Part shown: positions 56,223-64,000 of the stretch, one piece after another
Layout: every line of letters begins with the position of its first letter
Numbering within the stretch: the stretch's first letter is position 1
NCBI GenBank assembly: GCA_951406725.2
Contig: OX597825.1
Span: 63,984,001-64,048,000, forward strand
From: Octopus vulgaris
Lineage: Eukaryota
Direction: 5' to 3'
Length of the DNA stretch: 64,000 nucleotides
The notes under the pieces: generated by a model
Database searches by the model: none
What the model saw: the letters and a program-made list of their open reading frames with translations, nothing else
What the model was told of the DNA's origin: nothing
Made by a program: the position numbers and the translations under genes

Positions 56223-56415
56223 CTAGCAGGAACGCCCGGCGTTGCTCGGGTTTGTTTTGACCCTTTAGAATTGGAATTTTTGAAAAGTAAAAATTTTACA
56301 TTATGTAGCTTGTTATTCTCTTTAAGTGAATATTTTTCTGGATGAAATTCACCGAAAAATGGCAACACAGCAGTCAAAAAATCGTAAAAATAAGGATTTT
56401 CATAGAAAAACAGCA
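56223..56415 (-). mobile_element. Helitron 3' terminus
   Basis: Minus strand acaaacccgagcaacgccgggcg...ctgCTAG|T: the same hairpin as 35101-35494 but a different upstream body. Confidence 0.75.
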
Positions 56416-56599
56416 TGGACACCTCAAAGATCAACACCGCCTCGAAATTCCACCAAGATGATCTTCTGTTCAGACTGCCCTTGTTTCATAACAGGTTCCG
56501 AAACCTGACCCCAACGGAGCTAGTAATTTGTTTTAACAGAGTTATATTTCATTCTCAGTTACAATTCAATCCAAAAACCTGGCATTTTCAGGATTCGCC

Positions 56600-57138
56600 A
56601 GCGTTTGTTTTCAAATGTTCCCATGTTGTTAAGCCTGATCTTTGTACAGTTAATTAGGAAAATTCTCATGAGCGTTTGCTCACAGAGTCATGGCTAAGTT
56701 GATGTGTTTTTGTGCTACATTGTGCAGGACCACGTTCTGCCAACAACGTACCAATGCTTTTGCTTGGCAGTTGCTCAACGATTTCCCGCAAGGACTCATC
56801 CTTCAGAACAGTTCTCATAAGTGTTGTGTGTCTTGGAGAATGGTGTCAACTTCCTTGAAACGTTTGGACCAGTTTTCTACCAAACGTTCGTTGGCAGTTC
56901 CTAAGCATTCTATGTCAATGATATTCTTCGCCACTTTCCTTGCACTGCCTCCTTTTTCCACAGCATAAATTGGTTCTAATTGCAGTTTTTTTTTTACCAC
57001 CCATTATCACAGATGCAAAATAAATAATATACAGTTCAGCAACGATTAGATCACAAGTTGTATCAAATTAGTAATTCGAGACAGAAGTGTCCAAAAGTCA
57101 TTAGTAAATATCTGAAAAGCCTTTCGACTCAACCTATT
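56600..57138 (-). mobile_element. Decayed mariner (Hsmar1/cecropia-like) 5' end with TIR
   Basis: IYAVEKGGSARKVAKNII..CLGTANERLVENWSKRFKEVDTILQD (HTH region). TIR-like taggttgagtcgaaaggcttttcag next to the TA run. Confidence 0.8.
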
Positions 57139-57156
57139 ATATATATATATATATAT

Positions 57157-57344
57157 AGGCGTAGGAGTGGTTGTGTGGTACGTAGCTTGCTTTCCAACCA
57201 CATGGTTTCGGGTTCAGTCCCACTGTGTGGCACCTTGGGCAAGTGTCTTCTACTATAGCCTCGGCCCGACCAAACCCTTCTGAGTGGATTTGGAAGACGA
57301 AAACCGAAAGAAGCTCGTCGTATATATGTATATATCTATCTATC

Positions 57345-57394
<50 letters not shown>

Positions 57395-57608
57395 AGTGTG
57401 TGTGTGTATGTTTGTGTCTCCTCCAACATCGCTTGACAACCAATACTGGTGTGTTTACATCCCCGTAAATTAGCGGTTCGGCAAGACACCGATAGAATAA
57501 GTACTAGGCTTACAAAGAATAAGTCCTGGGGTCGATTTGATCGACTGAAGACGGTGCTCCAGCATGGCGACAGTGGAATGACTGAAACAAGTAAAAGAGT
57601 AAAGGAGA
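57157..57608 (+). mobile_element. SINE family A, full length
   Basis: Head, CORE-like segment, microsatellite and tail are all present. Confidence 0.92.
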
Positions 57609-57717
57609 ATATATATATATATGTATGTATGTATATGTATGTATGTATATGTGTGTATATGTATGTATGTATACGTGTGCATATGTATGTATATGTTTAT
57701 ATGTATATAAACGTATG

Positions 57718-57748
<31 letters not shown>

Positions 57749-58384
57749 GTATATATATATATATATTTATATATATGCATGGATACATGCCTACACACAT
57801 ACACACATACACACGCGAGTGTGTATATGTGTGTGTGTGTTATTTTTGCGAGAATGTTTCGACTACTTCCGATGGAAACGTTTGTGTGCAACATAACAGG
57901 AACTTGCAAGTTAGAGCTACGCCGTGACGAGCACATCTTGTACGAAATAACTGCAAAAATATTTTAAACTTTTAATACGTTGAATAGCGATTTATTGCTA
58001 AATCCGCTTGCTACAGCAACAGAGTGAAAGCCATCGTAGCGTATGATTTGGAGGTAACATTTTTCATTGCAATTTTCTCTGGTAGCAAAGCATGATGCGA
58101 TATTAATACCATATTTCAGTTAACAAAAATAATAAGTTTATCTTCAAACGACCCTGTCAGAAGAAATCATAAATTAGATCAAGGGGCAAAAGGAACAGAG
58201 TTTATAAAAGCAACATCGATATATATATATAAGTTAGAAAATGTTCTGCTAGGTTCTTGGGTTATTCAATACAGATTTGCGCATTTGGATTCTTTATGGG
58301 AATTTATATCGAGTAAAAGTACATTATTATTGTTTCATTGATCTGACTACATGAAAAGATGTACATATACGATAAAGGTTTTTC

Positions 58385-59020
58385 AATATTGGCACAATGC
58401 TGGAAATTTCGGGGAGTCGGTATGTCGATTACATCGACACCAGTGTTCAAATTGTACGTGATTCTTTGACACCGAATTCGATCTCTGCGTGATTTTTTGA
58501 GGGAGATAATACCACTAGGCATTTCGCCCGTTGTGCGAAAGATTCTGTTGGCGCACCGTCTTATTTAAATATGTAATGTTAGTTTAAAATTATGGTACAA
58601 ATATAGGAATTTTGGAGGGAGTGTTTAATTGATCCTAGTGCTTAACTGCTATAATAAATAGCAGTTAAGCACTGGGACCAACCGATTCCGAAAGAAATAA
58701 AGACAGAATGGATCTCGGCAGAATTAGAACACAGAACACAAAAACGGAGAAAATGCTGCTAAGCTTTTTATTCGGCTTGCTAACCATTCTCCTCGCTCGC
58801 CGCTTTACTAATTTCAAATATTGGTAGAACGCCAGCGATTTCGGGGAAGGGAAAAATCGATGACAGCGACCCTATTACTCAATTGGTACTTATTTTATCA
58901 ATCTCGAAATTATGGAAGGCAAAATCGACCTCGGCAACATTTGAACTCATAAAGTAAGGACGGAAGAATTGCCGCTAAGCATTATGCCAGGCATTTTAAC
59001 GATTCTGCCAATTCACCGTT
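58385..59020 (-). mobile_element. Three tandem old SINE family B copies
   Basis: Repeated gattctg...c.c.ccg.ctt head ends at about 58560, 58805 and 59020, with gacctcggc...tttgaac and atcgac.ccagtg remnants. Confidence 0.65.
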
Positions 59021-59132
59021 TTATTTGCATATGTTATATTACCATTAAATGTAAAAAGCATGTTAACATAAACATCAGTATAATAATACTTCGCAATGAA
59101 TTTCAAATAAGAATCTATAGATTGTACATGTG

Positions 59133-59332
59133 TGGAGGTGCGTGGCTTAGTAGTCAGGGTGTCAGTATCATTATCGTAAGATTGTGGTTTCGATTCCTGG
59201 ACCGGGAGACGCTTTCTTCAGCAAAACACTTCATTCCACGTTGCTCCAGTCTACTCAGCTAGCAAAAATGCTTAACGCTGCGTTGGACTGGCATCACATC
59301 CAGCTGAACACATACGACCGGGAAACCGGGCG
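59133..59332 (+). mobile_element. tRNA-derived SINE related to family C (diverged)
   Basis: ggaggtgcgtggcttagtagtcagg (A box), ggtttcgattcc (B box), gcaaaacactt, gactggcatc.catccagc and ggaaaccggg. Confidence 0.7.
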
Positions 59333-61134
59333 CATTTATTTTTTAATTTTAATATTGTACATGTAATATATTTGAGACATCGACCTAGCGCATATAGGTA
59401 TAAAAATTCGACCTACTTGTCTTTTAGTAATAAGTTAGTTGCCATATCTTTTTTCTTGGTAGTCGCAGAAACTCTTGTATTTCAGTGTGTAAGATTTTCA
59501 TGCGAAAAATATTAATGTAAAATCTTTCAATGCAGTAATATTTGCCTTTACATATATAACGTAACGCATCTTTGGTTATGTTACTTTATGAAATTAGTTA
59601 ATGTACTGAACTCTGAGTAATCCAATAAAGGTAAAACCCAAGTACAATATTCGGTATTTCAAGACTACTATAAATCAACTCGACATATGTATGTTGATAT
59701 AACAGTTTTGTCATGAAGTTAGATGTTTGTTTTTGATATTACCGTTTAAAATATTTTATTGTTAACATATGACATTTTAGTTTCAATCAAATTTATGTAA
59801 TCAATATATTTTTTGCCTTGCAACATTGTCAACAAAAGGATTATGCTGCGCTATAATCCCTTGACATCTCCAATATAATCTGACCATGAACGACAAATGT
59901 GTGGATAAAGACTAAAATATAAAATATATCTTTAGTTTCATAGTTTCGATTTTTATCTGGCATTTTGAAGTAAACTTTAACAAAATCAAAGGAAAGGCAA
60001 TTCATCTTTTAAAAATCTAATCTAGTTCTCGAATATATCATAAAATATCAGTGTTGTAATTGTCATATTTATCATCATGTAATGATGATAGATCATATCA
60101 AGATAATAAATAATGCGGGTTTTCATTAACTGGAGGCCTAAATTTATATGTTCCTTACCAGATTGTGAGAATATTATATTCAGTTTTATAGCAAATAGCA
60201 GTTAGGATATTTGGCTTTAATTTTCACTCTGGTGACATTTATTGAAAGTGTGCAACATTCATTGATGTATCAAGTAAGTATCTTTAGCGCGAAATCATAA
60301 GACACGCAGTAACGCTATCAAAATTAATGACTTATCTACCACGTTCATAAATGCGGGAATTTGTATAAGTAAATATAAATCGTTTACTGACAAGCCTTAT
60401 CTCACTGAATATTTTCATAGATGTTGAAAGAGATATACACGTTGACACAGTTATCATCTTGCCTCATATTAATTATTTTCTAACGAAAATTTTTAATGCT
60501 TCAAAGTCAGTTCATTTACAGTTATTTTTATTAATGGCCCATGTTCTTATTTTTTTAGAATACTGAAGAAAACCAAAGTTCTTTTTAAAGATAAAACTCA
60601 TGTATTGTTGCCAAAATGATTTTAGTTTCTTTATTTAGTACGAATGAGCAGGGATGCAAAGAAGAGAAAAAAAAAGACTCATTGCCAACAGTCCCAAAAC
60701 TAAGAGAAAAAATATCTTAAGAAGAGCCAGGCATAGTGTAAATGTTTTCATTTCTTTCTCAATTAATAGGAGAAAGTCAATGATGTGATAATCTGATTCA
60801 GCATTGGCAGACTGTCAGAACATTTGTGGAATCAAAATTTTCTGATTCAGCAAGATGGACAATGATATATTTCAGATCATTTAGTAATTTCTTTTCATAT
60901 CATTTAGGCAAACTATTGATTCTAAACTGGTGTACCAGCTAATAACAATAGATTATTTAATATGAGCTGGTGCCAAAACATGCAAAACACCACTGGCGAT
61001 CACAAATACAGAAAATTCTTTCCATAACAAAGAATATTTAATGCGGATACTGAGAATGTAGGTAAGTGCACCAACTCGAGATATATTTCAATAGTCCTAT
61101 AAATAACGAAGCATCTACATAGAGTTTTTGTTTT

Positions 61135-61435
61135 TGTTTGTTCCTGCTCGAACCATGCCTGGCCTATAAGGACCGGTTTCACAGTTTTATTGGCGTAAAG
61201 GTTCCCCACCTGGACGGGACGCCAGTCCGTCACAAGTGAGCTGCTAGATGCAGGAGGAAAGTGTGAGAGAAAGTTGTGGCGAAAGAGTCAGCAGTAGTTC
61301 GCCATTACCTCCTGCCAGAGCCGCGTGGAGCTTAGGTGTTTCGCTCATAAACACACTCATCACCCGGTTTGAGATACGAACCCGCGATTCAACGACCGCG
61401 AGTCCGCTGCTATACTCACTAGGCCATGTGCCGCT
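61135..61435 (-). mobile_element. SINE family C
   Basis: Homologous to 652-957 (ctggacggg.cgccagtc, gtgagagaaagttg.ggc, cgaccgcgagtccgctgc). Confidence 0.85.
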
Positions 61436-62096
61436 ACGAAAATATATTTACTTAATAAATATTTCCAAGGCAAAATGAAGACTTCAAATCATTTGCTTGT
61501 ACTAATGCACGATAAAAAAATTATATAATAGAGGACGACGAAAATTTTTTATCTCACTGCCGTCACACTATATCCGCAACTTGATATGTGTAGATTTAGT
61601 TGTAGTGAAGATTTCACAATTCAGTTGCTATATACATGTTAAAACCATTGGAGAGAGTATTACATAGGGAAGAGACTTTAATGCTACTTATAGCAAAATA
61701 AGATAATCACGGAGAAGTAATTGCGTTTGGCCATATTTGTTCTATTGGTTGTCTAATCAGGATGCGCATTGAAAAATTACCTACGTTACTCAAATACCCA
61801 TTTCAATACCACAACAGTACGTAGATTGGTACTATAGTTAAATATGATACACATATATCTATCAATATTATGGAGTTGGGATTCATTTCCAGAGTGTGTC
61901 TATGTTTTGCCTTTAACCCATTTACCTAAATACAAAGCAGTTTGTTTTCCAGATATTTCAGTAAACGATATACAGTAAGAAAACAACCATTGCTCCACCT
62001 GATGTGCACATATTTAGCTCTAGATTAGCAGCGATGCACCTCCAACTCATTAGATTGTGTCAAAAATAACAGGGCACTATTAAAACATACGTTTAT

Positions 62097-62330
62097 TACT
62101 CTTTTACCTGTTTCAGTCATTTGAGTGCGGCCATGCTGGAGCACCGGCTTTAGTCGACCAAATCGACCCCAGGACTTATTCTTTGTAAGCCTGGTACTTA
62201 TTCTATCGGTTTCTTCGGCCGAACCGCTAAGTTGCAGGGACATAAACACACCAGCATCGGTTGCCAAGCGATGTTGGAGGGACAAACACAGACACACAAA
62301 CATATACACACACATACATATACATACACG

Positions 62331-62370
<40 letters not shown>

Positions 62371-62430
62371 TAGATAGATAGATAGATATACATATATACG
62401 ACGGGCTTCTTTCAGTTTCCGTCTACCAAA
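62097..62430 (-). mobile_element. SINE family A, 5'-truncated
   Basis: Reverse complement of the tail through to tttcagtttccgtctaccaaat. Confidence 0.9.
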
Positions 62431-63186
62431 TTGAAGCATAGATAACAAGTGAAACGTTCTCGATGCGGTATATTCCATCAAGTCACAACTGTTCACAAAT
62501 AATTTGGAGAACAACGCAGGGTTGATGATTTCTAGTTGTCTTGATCTATCTACATCACGTGCCACTCCACTCATTTCCTTTTTATTGTCTTTTATATTAG
62601 TACACATATTGTTTAAGAAATTAACCTAGTAATTTCTTTCGAATATTATGCTTGTTTGCAATAAATTTATAGTCCATAATTTTTCATCGGAGATCGATCA
62701 GCATAAAATAAATTCGAAGATCAATTACAATACCTAGATCACTATGAAAGAGTGTGAAACGATTATTGGTGTGAAACTATTTTTGATAGTAGCTAATAAA
62801 ATGGAAGACATTTTATTTCTATTTTATATATATTATGTTTCTTATTGACAAATATGTATGTAGATATAATTTCCCTTGTAATTTATTATTTAGCAATATT
62901 TATAATGCAAAATGGAATATAAAATGGTGCTTATCTAGATAACCCATCAAGATGTTTAAAGCTTCCGCTATATTTATAAATTACATAGTTTCCTGATTAT
63001 TGTCGTTCTTCAGAAGGTTATCTAAAATTCTATATACATGTATATACGCATAGACGTAGACACACACATATATACAGAGGCACGCAAACACACACTCATT
63101 AACACATTTATATGCGTGTGTGTTTGTATGTGTGTATATGTATTCATATGAAAATGAAATCATATTACCTAATAAATATATCAAAA

Positions 63187-63300
63187 CGCAGAAGTGGCTG
63201 CGTGCTATGTAGCTTGTTCACCAACCACATGCATCCGGTTTCAGTCCCACTGCGTTTCACCTTGGGCAAGTGTCTTCTACTATAGCCTCGGGCCGACCAA
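63187..63300 (+). mobile_element. SINE family A, 5' head only
   Basis: cgcagaagtggctg...tcagtcccactgcg...caccttgggcaagtgtcttctactatagcctcgggccgaccaa. Confidence 0.85.
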
Positions 63301-63437
63301 TATGGACTAAAGCCTTCTGGTCATGATTAGCAAAAGCGAAACTAGCCGAGGATCATAATATAAAATATAACAAAAATATATTAAAACTATGTAAAGTGTC
63401 TGCATTTTCCTTCTTTTATATGCATACACACACACAC

Positions 63438-63484
<47 letters not shown>

Positions 63485-63587
63485 TATATGTATGTAAGTA
63501 TGTATACATCCATACATAAATATGTACATATTACATACATACACACATACATATAAATCCATATGCATATACATGCATATATATATA

Positions 63588-63636
<49 letters not shown>

Positions 63637-63710
63637 GTAGATGATAGATCGTTATCCACTGCACACACTTTTTCTCTCCTTGATTCTTTCCTTGTTTTTT
63701 TCTGTGTCCC

Positions 63711-63744
63711 TTTCTGTAGAGGAGCATAGACTCGAAACGTAAAA
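63711..63744 (+). ncRNA. Minimal type I hammerhead-like motif with variant core
   Basis: TTT-CTGTAGA-G-GAG(CATAGA)CTC-GAAAC-GT-A-AAA in a ~200-bp (TA)n-flanked insert (about 63636-63837). Shares the downstream tcctgagcgt...taatac...tttgtt motif with the 4934 insert. Confidence 0.45.
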
Positions 63745-64000
63745 TATTTTTTTCTATTCCTGAGCGTTATACTAATACATCTGTTTGTTTTGTACACCGC
63801 CTGTCTTCGTCTCTTGTTTTTTTTCGTAAACTCTCCCTATATATATATATAATCCTTCCCATTCTATATATATATATGTAACCTGTAATATATTTTCAAT
63901 GAGGGCTTTGCCTTTTAAAAAATATTGAAAATATTGTCGATTTAAAATTTTATAGCTCACATGTTCATTGCTATGACTACATCTAGTATTTTCAAAAGTC

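Overview
This is eukaryotic, AT-rich, microsatellite-dense DNA with no host protein-coding gene I can support, so it is intergenic or deep intronic. The three recurrent tRNA-derived SINE families, the 5S rRNA-derived sequence and the (TA)n/(TAGA)n density fit an octopus (coleoid cephalopod) genome; that assignment is an inference from recall, not a search. Nearly all ORF-track entries are microsatellite translations. Recognisable content: about 25 SINE copies in three families, a young 5'-truncated BovB-like RTE LINE with a 9-bp TSD, R2-group (R4/Dong-like) endonuclease fragments, a CR1-like LINE fragment, four decayed mariner remnants, non-autonomous Helitrons, a Helentron/HINE-like end and MITEs. 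The most interesting signals are: (1) a perfect 144-bp palindrome inside a (TA)n tract that encodes a complete type I hammerhead ribozyme on both strands, plus other mostly (TA)n-embedded inserts with hammerhead-like cores, consistent with Penelope-like element ends; (2) a 5S rRNA copy fused to a retroelement-type 3' tail that covaries with the tail of SINE family A; (3) a ~450-bp unit present as three tandem copies plus one inverted copy, with a conserved splice-donor-like core.
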